Source of the DNA: Candidatus Omnitrophota bacterium
GTDB lineage: Bacteria; Omnitrophota; Gorgyraeia; JABMRG01
Length of the DNA stretch: 64,000 bases
Reading direction: 5' to 3'
NCBI GenBank assembly: GCA_028716165.1
Contig: JAQUQI010000007.1
Coordinates: 1,191 to 65,190 of the forward strand
This document shows, piece after piece, positions 11,127-21,722 of this stretch (the first letter of the stretch is position 1; each line of letters opens with the position of its first letter). Below the pieces are notes generated by a model, which saw nothing but the letters and a program-made list of their open reading frames with translations, did not search any database and was not told where the DNA came from. The position numbers and the translations under genes were made by a program.

Positions 11127-11846
11127 ATGAAAGGAGTCAAAGCGGCAGTTAAGCTGTTGGCAGTTACCCCCGACGCGCTGTCGGTTATTTATTCCGCGGC
11201 CAGACAGTGTTATTCAAAAAAATACGCGGCGGACATATATAATGATAAGAGTATTTCAAGCCCGCAAAAGAGAGATTTTATCAAAAGAATAGTGTCTTCG
11301 GGCCACGAAAGCCCGCTTGAACACGTTACATTAACTTTTTCAATAAAAGGCGTGTCGCGGGCATTATCACATCAGCTTGTCCGGCACAGGCTGGCTTCGT
11401 ATTCACAGCAGAGCCAAAGGTATGTGCCTGGCCGGGACTTTAATTTTATTATGCCGGCTTCCATTGAAAAAACCGCCGTGGCCAAGAAAATATTTATAAG
11501 GTCAATGAAAAATGCCCAAAGAGATTATGGCAAAATAATCAAATTATTACAAGGCCGCGTTGAAAAAGGAAAAGCCTCGGAAGATGCCAGGTTTGTTCTT
11601 CCTCAAGCGGCAGAAACCATGATAGTCTTTTCCATGAACTGCAGGCAGCTTTTGCATTTTTTCAGTCAGCGTTGCTGCGCAAGGGCCCAATGGGAGATAA
11701 GGGCTTTGGCAAACGCCATGCTTGCAATATGCAGGAAAAACATCCCCGAGATATTCGCAAAGGCGGGCGCAGTATGTGAAAGACTGGGTTATTGCCCGGA
11801 AGGTAAAAATTATACTTGCGGCAGATACCCGGTGAGTTTAAAATAA
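11127..11846 (+). CDS. thyX: flavin-dependent thymidylate synthase
   Basis: The ThyX motif RHRLASYSQQSQRY (RHRx7S) is present. Confidence 0.9.
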   Translation: MKGVKAAVKLLAVTPDALSVIYSAARQCYSKKYAADIYNDKSISSPQKRDFIKRIVSSGHESPLEHVTLTFSIKGVSRALSHQLVRHRLASYSQQSQRYVPGRDFNFIMPASIEKTAVAKKIFIRSMKNAQRDYGKIIKLLQGRVEKGKASEDARFVLPQAAETMIVFSMNCRQLLHFFSQRCCARAQWEIRALANAMLAICRKNIPEIFAKAGAVCERLGYCPEGKNYTCGRYPVSLK

Positions 11847-11964
11847 GCGCGATAGGCCAAAAGCAAATGCGTTGTTTAAAAATATAGTTGAAGCCGCAAA
11901 ACACGCCGATATGCCCTTAAAACAACCCTTTTTAATGGTTGGCAGTTCAATTTTGACATTTTTG

Positions 11965-11992
11965 TTGCAAGTTATGTATTTTGTGATATAAT
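11965..11992 (+). promoter_or_regulatory. candidate sigma70 promoter of the rpsB-tsf-pyrH-frr operon
   Basis: TTGCAA at 11965–11970, a 16-nt spacer, then a perfect TATAAT at 11987–11992. An alternative TTGACA lies at 11953. Confidence 0.45.
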
Positions 11993-12154
11993 CTATCTCC
12001 GATTTCAATATTCTGGCAAAACGCCAGGCGCAATTGCCGGTAAATAAATCTATCCCCTTAAATGATTGCGTCTTAATGAAAAATGGGGATAATACAAGCG
12101 CTATGTTCCGATTGAAAAGGAATTTGTAATAGCGCAGGAGCGAGGAGGCTTATT

Positions 12155-12886
12155 TTGGTTACGGATTTAATGAAACAGCTTTTAGAGGCAGGGGTCCATT
12201 TTGGGCATCAGACAAAAAGGTGGAATCCCAAGATGGCGCCGTTTATATTTGGACAGCGTAACGGTATCTATATTATTAACCTTGAAAGGACGGCTGAAAG
12301 GCTTGAAGACGCGTGTAAATTTATAAATGAAGCCGTAGCGCGCGGCGAAAATGTCCTGTTTGTCGGAACAAAGAAACAGGCCAAAGAGGCCGTTTTGTCC
12401 GAAGCGCAAAGATGTGGGATGTTTTCCGTAACGGAAAGATGGCTTGGCGGGCTGATGACCAATTTTACGACTGTTCGCAGCAGCGTAAAGCGGATGAAGG
12501 AAATAGAGGCCATGAAGGAAGGCCTCGGCATGGACGCGCTTACGAAGAAGGAGAGATCAGCCCTTGAAAAAGAGTGGGCCAAGCTTAATAAAAACCTTTC
12601 CGGCGTAGCTGATATGAAAAAACTGCCCGGTGTTGTTATTGTAATTGATCCTAAAAAAGAGGAGACGGCCGTTAGGGAGGCCCGGAGGCTGGGTATACCT
12701 ATTGTAGCTTTGATAGATACAAATTCTGATCCAGACAGCGTGGATTTTCCCATACCGGGTAATGACGATGCTATCAGGGCGATACAATTGGTCCTTACAG
12801 TGCTGACCGATAGCGTTATGGAAGGCAGGAAGAAACAGGCTAATGCTAAAGCTAAAGCTGAAGAAAAGAGCGAAGACGATAAATAG
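12155..12886 (+). CDS. rpsB: 30S ribosomal protein S2
   Basis: TTG start 6 nt after AGGAGCGAGGAGG. Translation LLEAGVHFGHQTKRWNPKM matches S2. Confidence 0.95.
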   Translation: MVTDLMKQLLEAGVHFGHQTKRWNPKMAPFIFGQRNGIYIINLERTAERLEDACKFINEAVARGENVLFVGTKKQAKEAVLSEAQRCGMFSVTERWLGGLMTNFTTVRSSVKRMKEIEAMKEGLGMDALTKKERSALEKEWAKLNKNLSGVADMKKLPGVVIVIDPKKEETAVREARRLGIPIVALIDTNSDPDSVDFPIPGNDDAIRAIQLVLTVLTDSVMEGRKKQANAKAKAEEKSEDDK

Positions 12887-12906
12887 TTCTGGAAAGGAAT
12901 GTCAAA

Positions 12907-13491
12907 ATGCTGGATAAAGTAAAACAACTTAGAGAAAAAACAAGCGCTGGAATGATGGAATGCAAGAAGGCCTTGTCTGAAGCCGGCGGAGATATGGAAA
13001 AGGCGATAGAGATACTGCGCAAAAAAGGCATCAGCCTTGCAAGCAAAAGGTCGTCACGAGCGGCAAAAGAAGGCCTGATAGTTTCTTATATACATACAAA
13101 CAATAAAATAGGTGTTCTGCTTGAGGTTAATTGTGAAACGGATTTTGTCGCGCGGAACAGCGATTTTAAAAATTTCGTAAAAGAACTTTCCATGCAGATA
13201 GCCGCCACCGCGCCAAGTTATATATCAAGGGACGATGTGCCCGGTGATATCCTGGAAAAAGAGAAGGACATAATACAGGAACAGAACAAAACCAAACCGG
13301 CTGCCGCTTTGCAAAAAATAATAGAAGGCAAACTGAACAGCTATTATCAGGAAGTATGTTTACTTGAACAGCCGTATATAAAAGACCAGAAAATTTTTAT
13401 TAAAGACCTGCTTACCGGATTAATAGCTAAAACCGGCGAAAACATTGTTGTCAAAAGGTTTACCCGGTATCAACTGGGCCAGGTCGCATGA
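12907..13491 (+). CDS. tsf: elongation factor Ts (short form)
   Basis: The UBA-like N-terminus [16 protein letters not shown] is typical of EF-Ts. Confidence 0.9.
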   Translation: MLDKVKQLREKTSAGMMECKKALSEAGGDMEKAIEILRKKGISLASKRSSRAAKEGLIVSYIHTNNKIGVLLEVNCETDFVARNSDFKNFVKELSMQIAATAPSYISRDDVPGDILEKEKDIIQEQNKTKPAAALQKIIEGKLNSYYQEVCLLEQPYIKDQKIFIKDLLTGLIAKTGENIVVKRFTRYQLGQVA

Positions 13492-14219
13492 AAAAGGATG
13501 CCAAGCTTACTTATAAAAGAATAGTTCTTAAGCTTAGCGGTGAGTCATTACAGGGCAAGAGCGGTTATGGTATTGATATTCCGACGACCCGCTCAATAGC
13601 ATCGCAGATAAAGCAAGTCCACGATATGGGCATTGAAACCGCCATTGTTATCGGAGGAGGCAATATATTGCGGGGCGCGCAGGCGTCCAAAAGCGGCATG
13701 GATAAATCAACAGCTGATTATATGGGCATGCTTGCCACGGCTATAAACGGCATGGCATTACAGGACGCGCTTGAAAAGCAGGGCGTATTTACGCGGCTGC
13801 AGACAGCCATTGAGATACGCCAAATAGCCGAATTGTATATAAGAAGGCGGGCCATCAGGCATTTGGAAAAGAAAAGGGTTGTTATCTTTGTCTGCGGCAT
13901 CGGGAACCCTTATTTTACCACGGATACAACAGCAGCGTTAAGGGCAACAGAGATAGGGGCTGATATTATATTTAAGGCGACAAAAGTAGACGGTATATAT
14001 TCTGCCGATCCGCTGAAAGACAAATCAGCTAAAAGATACGCGCGTTTGGATTATATAGACCTTTTGAACAAACAACTCAAGGTTATGGATGCCACCGCTG
14101 TTAGCTTATGCATGGACAATAAAATACCTATAGTTGTTTTTGATTTATTTAAGGAAGGCAATCTCAAGAGAGCCGTAAAAGGGGAAGAGATAGGAACTGT
14201 TGTCAGGGGGGCAGAATAG
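13488..14219 (+). CDS. pyrH: UMP kinase
   Basis: Translation [11 protein letters not shown]…VIGGGN matches UMP kinase. Confidence 0.95.
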   Translation: MKKDAKLTYKRIVLKLSGESLQGKSGYGIDIPTTRSIASQIKQVHDMGIETAIVIGGGNILRGAQASKSGMDKSTADYMGMLATAINGMALQDALEKQGVFTRLQTAIEIRQIAELYIRRRAIRHLEKKRVVIFVCGIGNPYFTTDTTAALRATEIGADIIFKATKVDGIYSADPLKDKSAKRYARLDYIDLLNKQLKVMDATAVSLCMDNKIPIVVFDLFKEGNLKRAVKGEEIGTVVRGAE

Positions 14220-14783
14220 ATGAATACCGTAAAAGAGGTCGTGAAAAGCGCTGAAGATAAGATGAAGAAAGCGGTTGAAGCGGCAAAGAGGGAGTTTGCC
14301 TCTGTCAGGACCGGCAGGGCATCCGTTTCTCTTGTAGAAGGCATACACGTGGATTATTACGGCACGCAGACGCCGCTGAAACAGCTTGCCAATATATCAG
14401 CACCTGATGTAAAGCTTATAATAATTCAGCCATGGGATCCGGCAAGCCTGCCTGAAATAGCTAAAGCCATTCAGCAGAGTAATATTGGTTCTATGCCTGT
14501 CAATGATGGTAAAGTCATACGTGTCAGTATACCGCCTCTTTCAGAAGAAAGACGTGAAGAGCTGATAAAGATCACAAAAAAAATGGCTGAAGACAGCAGA
14601 GTGTCTATACGCACGATAAGACGCGATGCTAATGAGTCTGCCAAAAAGCTTGAAAAAGATAAGCTTGCTTCAGAAGACGAGGCCTTTAAGGCGCAGGAAG
14701 ATGTGCAAAGGCTTACGGATAAATATATAAAGGAAATAGAAAATATCCTTCAACAAAAGGATAAGGAATTATTAGAGGTTTGA
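14220..14783 (+). CDS. frr: ribosome recycling factor
   Basis: Full-length RRF homolog. Confidence 0.9.
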   Translation: MNTVKEVVKSAEDKMKKAVEAAKREFASVRTGRASVSLVEGIHVDYYGTQTPLKQLANISAPDVKLIIIQPWDPASLPEIAKAIQQSNIGSMPVNDGKVIRVSIPPLSEERREELIKITKKMAEDSRVSIRTIRRDANESAKKLEKDKLASEDEAFKAQEDVQRLTDKYIKEIENILQQKDKELLEV

Positions 14784-14830
14784 GGGCTGTAAAAGTAACA
14801 CTTAAGAAGATTGACTATATAACTGTATAT

Positions 14831-14906
14831 GCCCCGCTAACTCAGATGGTAGAGTAACGCTCTTTTAAGGCGTGAGTCGTTGGTTCGAGTCCAACGCGGG
14901 GTACCA
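14831..14906 (+). tRNA. tRNA-Lys: tRNA-Lys (anticodon TTT)
   Basis: Cloverleaf fold: acceptor stem gccccgc/gcggggt, anticodon loop cuUUUaa, T-arm GGTTCGAGTCC, CCA encoded. Confidence 0.85.
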
Positions 14907-14913
14907 TTTATAA

Positions 14914-14970
14914 AGATGCGAAATATGGGCAGGGATATTGTGACACGGCCTATATCTCGCATCTATTTTT
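14914..14970 (+). terminator. imperfect hairpin plus T-run after tRNA-Lys
   Basis: agatgcgaaatatggg…cctatatctcgcatct forms an inverted repeat and is followed by attttta. Confidence 0.4.
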
Positions 14971-15144
14971 ATGATACCGCGTAAATAATGATATATTTTA
15001 TGGCGTGCCTTGACATTAATATGAAACAATTTGGTATTGACTTTGTACATTAGTTATGATATACTTTTAAAAACATATTCTAATCATTTATTTTAACCCA
15101 TTATCCAAAAATAGCTATCTGTATAATCCTCTAAGGTTTTATTT

Positions 15145-18100
15145 ATGCTAAAACGTATATTTGTATTATTCGTAGTAATTGTTTTTTTGACCGATAACCA
15201 TATTCATTATATCAGCGGCAGTTATCAATATTCTGCCGGTATCAATACCCTTCGTCCGATATCTTCTCATGCGGCCAATGAAGACTTAGGTTTGCGGCAG
15301 GAGCAGATTCCATCAGCGTATAACCGAACCGATAAACAATCCGAACTTTTTACCTCTATTTTAAAAAGGCTTGACAAGGAAATGCCCCGTGATGAGATGT
15401 CCCGTCAGGCGTTAGGGAAAGAGATAGGCAGTTTATCAGCTGTTTTTAGAAGCATAAGCGAAAGCCTGCAGAGAGGTTTTTATAATCACGCGGCCCTATT
15501 GACGATTGAAGCAATAAAAAATAATATTCCGGGTATTACGCCTGGACAGATTAACAAGTGGATTGCCGAATGTTTTTGCGCGGATTCCGCGTTTCATTCA
15601 GGATATATAGCTATTGAAGCTTTTAAGAAAAATTACCGCGTTGACACAGACTATGTGCAAAAGAGCATAGAAGGCTGTTTGCAAAGTAACTTGTTTTCTG
15701 TTGCCGGCCAAATGACATTAGAGGCGTTAAAGGCAAAAATACCCGGGATATCGCCTGATAATATACGCAGATCAATAGAAGTGTGTCTTAAACAAAATCA
15801 GGTGGCATTTGCCCGCAAGTTTATAATAGATTCCATGCGAGAACCTGCCGCGGCCATAAAAAGCGATGAGATAATAAATTGGATTGAGATGTCCTTTGAG
15901 TATGGTTCCCCTTTTGACGCCGGCATGATAGCGCTTGAAGCTCAAAAAAATAATATGCCCGGTGATTTTTGGCCTTATATAAAGAAAGGCATCCAAGGTT
16001 GTATTGATGAAGATTTTAGCGCGAGCCAGTTAATTATTTATATACTGACTAATAAAATGGGCAATGTGACGGCAAAAGAGATTGATAGTGTTGTCGCGGG
16101 ATGCCGTAAGAAGCAAATGTCTTATGATGCCGGAATGGTTGCTATTGAGGCTTTTAATAATAGTATACCCGGCGTAACGGCTGACAGCGTAAGGGATATT
16201 ATTGAATATGATTTTTCGTTGGGTAAATACTACTCCGCGGGCCTTCTAGCGGTAGAGGCTATTAAACGCGGCGTGCCGGGGGTAGAGGATGATTATGTCA
16301 GTAAGTGTGTATCCGGATGTTTCCGCGGCAGAGAATATTTTGATGGTGGAATTATCGCTATGCAGGCAGTAAAAAACGGTATATCATCCGTAAGTATTGA
16401 TGATATTAAAACAAGTATTTCCGAAATGTTTTCTATGGGTCTTTTATATAGTGCGGGGCGTCTATTGTCTCTGTTGGTAGATAGCGGCATAACGGGCATT
16501 ACCGCACGCGAGCTGAAAGATGCTATTGACATATGTTTTATGGAAAAAAATTCTTATGCCATTTTGCCGGTTATCCAATCTATTATAAATAAAAATCTTC
16601 CCGGAATAGGCTATGATGATATATTAAGTTATATAAACAAATGTTATATTTTTGACGATTTAAATGACGCGGGTTATATCGCGCTGGATATGTTAAAAGA
16701 CAGCACCTGCTATAAAAGAATAAATAAGATAGCCTTTATATTAAATGATATGACGCAGGCCCGGGATGAAAAAACGCTGTATTTTATCTATTCCGGACTG
16801 TCTTGTGCGTTAAAAAATAATAAAACAGATTATCTGGATATTATTTTATCCGCGGTAGACGAGAGAGAGCATTTTGTCAGGGCCCTTATCAGGCTTATGG
16901 ATGCCTTAACCCCGGATATGGTGTGGAGCAATATAATCGCGCAAAAAGGTTTTAGCAAAATCCGGCAAACATATGATAATCTTTATAGCTGTATATTCAG
17001 CGATACCCTGCCCGAAGGTGTTGATATAAGTCAAAAAGAGACAAGCATTCTTTTGAAAGCGATCACAAGATTTGATATAAGTGATTTTGCTGGAAGAGGT
17101 AAAAAAGGATTTGAAGAAATTTATTATGATTTTAAAAAAAACCGGGATGACGGAAAGATAAAACCCCTGGCACGGAATATTCCCGCGCCTATTACTATAG
17201 AGGTATTGACCAATAGTGCGCAATCCTTTTCCCCGCCGGCACGAAAATATTATAAGGATATGATAGATGCCGCGCATACCGCTATATCCGCCGCAAGCAA
17301 TATGAATAATGCCGGCGGCCCTTATTCCGGGATTATCAGCTTACTTATTGAGCTTGCTGATGATGAAATCAGCAAGCTGTCCGACAAGGCGCGCGGGGAA
17401 TTAATTAACCAACAGGCTTTATCAAACATCAGGCAAAGACTGGATTTATTTAATAAAGCCAAACAACACCTTATTCATTACCAACACAACCCGGTTCTGC
17501 CCCTGATTTTTTTAGAAGCCCCTGAACTCAATGTGTTAAGTGATATAAAGCCTGCCAGGCCGTTATTCAGGCAGGCACTGTTTATGGCGGCATTTTATAA
17601 TAATGCCAAGTGGGAAAAATATTTCAGCCTTCCGAATGTGTCCGTTCTGACGCTTGATAACATAATTAGATTTGTTGAATTTACGGATATATTTCTCAAG
17701 CAGGATTTGCTTTCTAACGCTGATATTGAAGTCGGCAAGGCACTGCTCAAGCACCTTAATCCCGCGACTTTTAAAGATGAAATAAACCGGTTTAACAGAA
17801 ATAGTCCGTGTTTTAAGAAAAGGATTGGGGTATATCCATGCCGCGGCTGGATAGCCGAATATATAGGTTATTACTCGGATATGTGCTGGGTAGACACTCC
17901 CGATATCATCAAAAACAATCCCGACGTGATACCGCTTTTTTTTGTAGATGAAGACCTGGGAGAAATTTTAGGCGGGACATTATTAATGTTTAATTCTATT
18001 GACGGTGAAAAGGTAATGATTGACAGGGGATTATCCCCGCGGGTTGAATTTACGCGCAATATAAATGTGGGGGATTTTGTAGAAAAAGTCCTGGATTATG

Positions 18101-18396
18101 AGGAAAAGATAGCTGTTTCTATGGGGGCAGGAAAGATAATAGTTCCTTTAAGAATGTACGAAGAAGGCCTTGGCACCAACAATCCCGATATTATACAGTA
18201 CTATGAAAAGAGCGTAAAAAATAAACAGCCCGTTGATCTTGATAAGAAAAACATATTTAACAGCCATGATATTACCAAAGGCTGTTGCGCCGTCATCAGA
18301 AACATTGACAATGTTAAAAATGCCAACCCAAAAGTTTCCTTCGCGCGCATAAAATCTATTTTTAAAGTTATAAAAGCCATAGGTAATGCCGCGTAG
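15145..18396 (+). CDS. large secreted protein with about ten tandem 36-aa repeats of unknown function
   Basis: Hydrophobic N-terminus. The repeat consensus is roughly AG(Y/M)IA(I/L)EA(F/I)K(N/K)N(I/M)PG(I/V)(T/S)xDx(I/V)xxxIExC. The C-terminal about 500 aa are non-repetitive. Confidence 0.6.
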   Translation: MLKRIFVLFVVIVFLTDNHIHYISGSYQYSAGINTLRPISSHAANEDLGLRQEQIPSAYNRTDKQSELFTSILKRLDKEMPRDEMSRQALGKEIGSLSAVFRSISESLQRGFYNHAALLTIEAIKNNIPGITPGQINKWIAECFCADSAFHSGYIAIEAFKKNYRVDTDYVQKSIEGCLQSNLFSVAGQMTLEALKAKIPGISPDNIRRSIEVCLKQNQVAFARKFIIDSMREPAAAIKSDEIINWIEMSFEYGSPFDAGMIALEAQKNNMPGDFWPYIKKGIQGCIDEDFSASQLIIYILTNKMGNVTAKEIDSVVAGCRKKQMSYDAGMVAIEAFNNSIPGVTADSVRDIIEYDFSLGKYYSAGLLAVEAIKRGVPGVEDDYVSKCVSGCFRGREYFDGGIIAMQAVKNGISSVSIDDIKTSISEMFSMGLLYSAGRLLSLLVDSGITGITARELKDAIDICFMEKNSYAILPVIQSIINKNLPGIGYDDILSYINKCYIFDDLNDAGYIALDMLKDSTCYKRINKIAFILNDMTQARDEKTLYFIYSGLSCALKNNKTDYLDIILSAVDEREHFVRALIRLMDALTPDMVWSNIIAQKGFSKIRQTYDNLYSCIFSDTLPEGVDISQKETSILLKAITRFDISDFAGRGKKGFEEIYYDFKKNRDDGKIKPLARNIPAPITIEVLTNSAQSFSPPARKYYKDMIDAAHTAISAASNMNNAGGPYSGIISLLIELADDEISKLSDKARGELINQQALSNIRQRLDLFNKAKQHLIHYQHNPVLPLIFLEAPELNVLSDIKPARPLFRQALFMAAFYNNAKWEKYFSLPNVSVLTLDNIIRFVEFTDIFLKQDLLSNADIEVGKALLKHLNPATFKDEINRFNRNSPCFKKRIGVYPCRGWIAEYIGYYSDMCWVDTPDIIKNNPDVIPLFFVDEDLGEILGGTLLMFNSIDGEKVMIDRGLSPRVEFTRNINVGDFVEKVLDYEEKIAVSMGAGKIIVPLRMYEEGLGTNNPDIIQYYEKSVKNKQPVDLDKKNIFNSHDITKGCCAVIRNIDNVKNANPKVSFARIKSIFKVIKAIGNAA

Positions 18397-18449
18397 TTTT
18401 ATCCCCGCCGCGATTGACTTGAGCGCCTTGATTTTGATATACTTACTGC

Positions 18450-18866
18450 ATGAAATGCTATAAGTATATAGAGCATACGTCGGATTTAGGTATAAGAGTT
18501 TGGGGGCGTGATATCAAAAGCCTCTTTACTAATTCCGCGTTTGCCATGTATGACATCATATCCGATGTCAGCCTGGTCCGGCCGGTAAGGTCTTTTTTTA
18601 TAAGGTCTAAAGGTATGGACAGGGATGAACTTTTAAGGAATTGGCTGTCTGAACTTTTGTATTGTTTTCACGGCAAAGGCCTGTTACTTGCCGAATTTAA
18701 TGTTATCAGGTTAAATAAGACAGATATATTATCCAGGGTCAGCGGAGAGAGGTGCTTGAGCTCCCGTCACCGTTTAAAACGCGAGATCAAAGCGGTCACC
18801 TACCACAACTTAAAAATAATTAAAAGAAACAACAAATTTCATACGGATATTATATTTGATGTATAA
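18450..18866 (+). CDS. archease
   Basis: The N-terminal YKYIEHTSDLGIRVWG matches the archease signature. It lies immediately upstream of rtcB. Confidence 0.75.
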   Translation: MKCYKYIEHTSDLGIRVWGRDIKSLFTNSAFAMYDIISDVSLVRPVRSFFIRSKGMDRDELLRNWLSELLYCFHGKGLLLAEFNVIRLNKTDILSRVSGERCLSSRHRLKREIKAVTYHNLKIIKRNNKFHTDIIFDV

Positions 18867-18929
18867 TATGTTCAAGGATGATTATTTTTTAAGTAAAAAT
18901 AAGCGCAATAAGGCCTTCAAAGGGTATTT

Positions 18930-20393
18930 ATGATTTCACGCTATGACGGGCCTCTTAGAAGGATAGACAGTAATCGTTGGCTTATACCGCAAGACAGTAT
19001 CAAGGGGATGCGTGTAGACGGCTTGGTATATGCCGGCGCTAAATTGATTGAGGCGGCCAAAAACGACAATGCTCTGCGGCAAGTTGCTAATGTAGCTATG
19101 CTGCCGGGTATTGTCAAATATTCATTGGCTATGCCCGATATACACTGGGGTTATGGGTTTAGCATAGGCGGTATAGCCGCGACAGATATTGACGCGGGAG
19201 GAATAATATCGCCAGGCGGGGTAGGTTTTGATATAAATTGCGGTATAAGGCTTTTAAAGACCTCGCTTTTTGAGAATGATATAAGGCCGAAACTGTGTGA
19301 TATTGTCAATGGACTTTATCGCGCTATACCATTAGGCATAGGCTCAAAAGGCGATATCAAGGTAACGGCAAAAGAAGAAGCACAGATATTTGAAAAGGGT
19401 TTGCAGTGGGCGCTTTGCAAGGGCTATGCTATTGAATCGGATATTGCCCGTACGGAGGAAAATGGCTGTATGCCGGGCGCCAACCCGGATGCCGTATCCC
19501 CCAGAGCTTATGAACGCGGCAAGCCGCAAATGGGCACGCTTGGTTCCGGCAACCATTTTATAGAGATACAGGCGGTTGATGAGATATACGACGCGCATGC
19601 CGCGGGCATATTCGGCCTTTCAAAAAATCAGATAACCATAATGATACATTCCGGTTCGCGGGGTTTAGGTTATCAGATATGCGATGATTATTCGCGCGAG
19701 ATGGTAAAAGTTCTTGCTAAATACAATATCCAGATACCCGACCGTCAGCTTGCCTGCGCGCCTTTTGGTTCAACAGAAGGCAAGCTTTATTTTGGGGCTA
19801 TGAAGTGCGCCGCGAACTATGCCTGGAATAACAGGCAGTGTATAGCGCATCTTATACGGCTTGTATTTGAAAAAGTTTTTGCCCAGACATTTAAGTCATT
19901 AGGGATATTTGCCGTATATGACATTGCCCATAATATAGCAAAGGTTGAAAAGCATATCGTAGACGGAGTTGAGAAAATGCTTTGCGTGCACCGGAAAGGC
20001 GCGACAAGAGCTTTTGGCCCATCGCGGCCCGAGGAAATGCCCGCGGAGTATAGAAAAATCGGCCAGCCGGTTATTATACCGGGAAGCATGGGCTCATATT
20101 CATATTTATTGCTTGGCACTGATAAGGCTGTAGATGATACATTTGCTACCACCTGCCACGGAGCGGGCAGGGCATTATCAAGGAAAGCCGCTTCAGAGCT
20201 TTATGTATCGGAAAAGATTATCTCAAAACTTAATAAAAAAGGTATTGTGCTAATGGCATCTGATAAAAATACTATATCAGAAGAGGCGCCCGATGCCTAT
20301 AAAAATATAGATGATGTTATCTCGGTTGTGGTCCAGTCCGGTATATCAAAAAAAGTTTGCAGGATGAGGCCTTTAGGCGTAGTCAAAGGATAA
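18930..20393 (+). CDS. rtcB: RNA-splicing ligase RtcB
   Basis: The GSGNHFIE metal-binding motif and the catalytic His region are present. Confidence 0.9.
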   Translation: MISRYDGPLRRIDSNRWLIPQDSIKGMRVDGLVYAGAKLIEAAKNDNALRQVANVAMLPGIVKYSLAMPDIHWGYGFSIGGIAATDIDAGGIISPGGVGFDINCGIRLLKTSLFENDIRPKLCDIVNGLYRAIPLGIGSKGDIKVTAKEEAQIFEKGLQWALCKGYAIESDIARTEENGCMPGANPDAVSPRAYERGKPQMGTLGSGNHFIEIQAVDEIYDAHAAGIFGLSKNQITIMIHSGSRGLGYQICDDYSREMVKVLAKYNIQIPDRQLACAPFGSTEGKLYFGAMKCAANYAWNNRQCIAHLIRLVFEKVFAQTFKSLGIFAVYDIAHNIAKVEKHIVDGVEKMLCVHRKGATRAFGPSRPEEMPAEYRKIGQPVIIPGSMGSYSYLLLGTDKAVDDTFATTCHGAGRALSRKAASELYVSEKIISKLNKKGIVLMASDKNTISEEAPDAYKNIDDVISVVVQSGISKKVCRMRPLGVVKG

Positions 20394-20435
20394 GTTGTTA
20401 ATTAATATTATTTTTAGAGAAAGGCGGGATGGAAA

Positions 20436-21719
20436 ATGCTTGACATCAAGTTTATAAGAGAGAATACGGATAAGGTAAAAGAGGCATTAAAGAACAGAAA
20501 TTGCCGTTTAGATATAGACCATCTTATGTGCCTTGACAAAGAACAAAGGGCTCTTGTGGCTGAAGCTGACAGGTTAAAGAATGTCCGCAATATTGAATCT
20601 GAAGAGATAGCGATATTAAAAAGGTCAGGCAAGGACACAGCGGCTAAAGTTTCCGAAATGAAGATTGTATCCCAAAAAATAAAAGAATTAGACCAAAAAG
20701 TGGGGGATTTGACACTTCGTATAGCGGATATTATTATGCAAATCCCAAATATCCCCCATACTAGTCTACCCATTGGCTTGGACGCGAGTTCTAATAAGAC
20801 AGTTAAGCAATGGGGCAAACTGCCTAATTTTAGATTTAAACCATTAAATCATATGGAGTTAGCCGAGAGTTTGAATATTATGGATTTTGTCCGATCAACC
20901 AAGCTTTCGGGAGCCGGATTCTCACTTTTTATAGGTGATGGCGCGAAAATGGTAAGGGCATTAATAAACTTTATGCTGGATATGCATACCCAAAAGCATG
21001 GGTATAAAGAGATATGGCCCCCCGCCCTGGTGAATCGTCAAAGCATGACCGCCACAGGTCAATTACCCAAATTAGAAGATGATATGTACAGGTTAAAAGA
21101 TGAGGATCTTTTTTTAATACCAACAGCTGAAGTGCCTGTTACTAATATACACAGGGACTCTGTATTAAACGGCAGTGATTTGCCTGTATATTACACGGCT
21201 TATACGCCTTGTTTCAGAAGAGAAGCGGGTTCCTACGGCAAAGATACCAAAGGCCTTTCAAGAGTGCATCAATTTGACAAGGTTGAAATGGTAAAATTTG
21301 TCAGGCCTGAAACATCATATGACGAGCTTGAAAAACTTTTGAATAATGCCGAAGATGTTTTACAGGCGCTTAAGCTTCCTTACAGGGTCCAGCTTTTATG
21401 CACCGGCGATATAAGTTTTGCGGCAAGTAAATGTTATGATATTGAGTTGTGGGCGCCCGGCGCGGGGGCATGGCTTGAGGTATCAAGTTGTTCTAATTTT
21501 GAAAGCTTCCAGGCGCGAAGAGGCAATATCAAATTCAAAGACCCTGAAACCGATAAACTTAATTTTGTGCACACATTAAACGGTTCAGGCGTGGCCCTGG
21601 CAAGGCTCATCATCGCTATATTAGAAAATTATCAGCGCAAAGACGGCTGTGTGGATGTCCCTGCCGCGCTTAGGCCTTACTTGGGGAAAAAGAGGCTTTT
21701 AAAGCCCGACAAAAAATAA
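20436..21719 (+). CDS. serS: seryl-tRNA synthetase
   Basis: MLDIKFIRENTDKV opens the coiled-coil N-arm. Class II aaRS motifs are present. Confidence 0.95.
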   Translation: MLDIKFIRENTDKVKEALKNRNCRLDIDHLMCLDKEQRALVAEADRLKNVRNIESEEIAILKRSGKDTAAKVSEMKIVSQKIKELDQKVGDLTLRIADIIMQIPNIPHTSLPIGLDASSNKTVKQWGKLPNFRFKPLNHMELAESLNIMDFVRSTKLSGAGFSLFIGDGAKMVRALINFMLDMHTQKHGYKEIWPPALVNRQSMTATGQLPKLEDDMYRLKDEDLFLIPTAEVPVTNIHRDSVLNGSDLPVYYTAYTPCFRREAGSYGKDTKGLSRVHQFDKVEMVKFVRPETSYDELEKLLNNAEDVLQALKLPYRVQLLCTGDISFAASKCYDIELWAPGAGAWLEVSSCSNFESFQARRGNIKFKDPETDKLNFVHTLNGSGVALARLIIAILENYQRKDGCVDVPAALRPYLGKKRLLKPDKK

Positions 21720-21722
21720 GGC

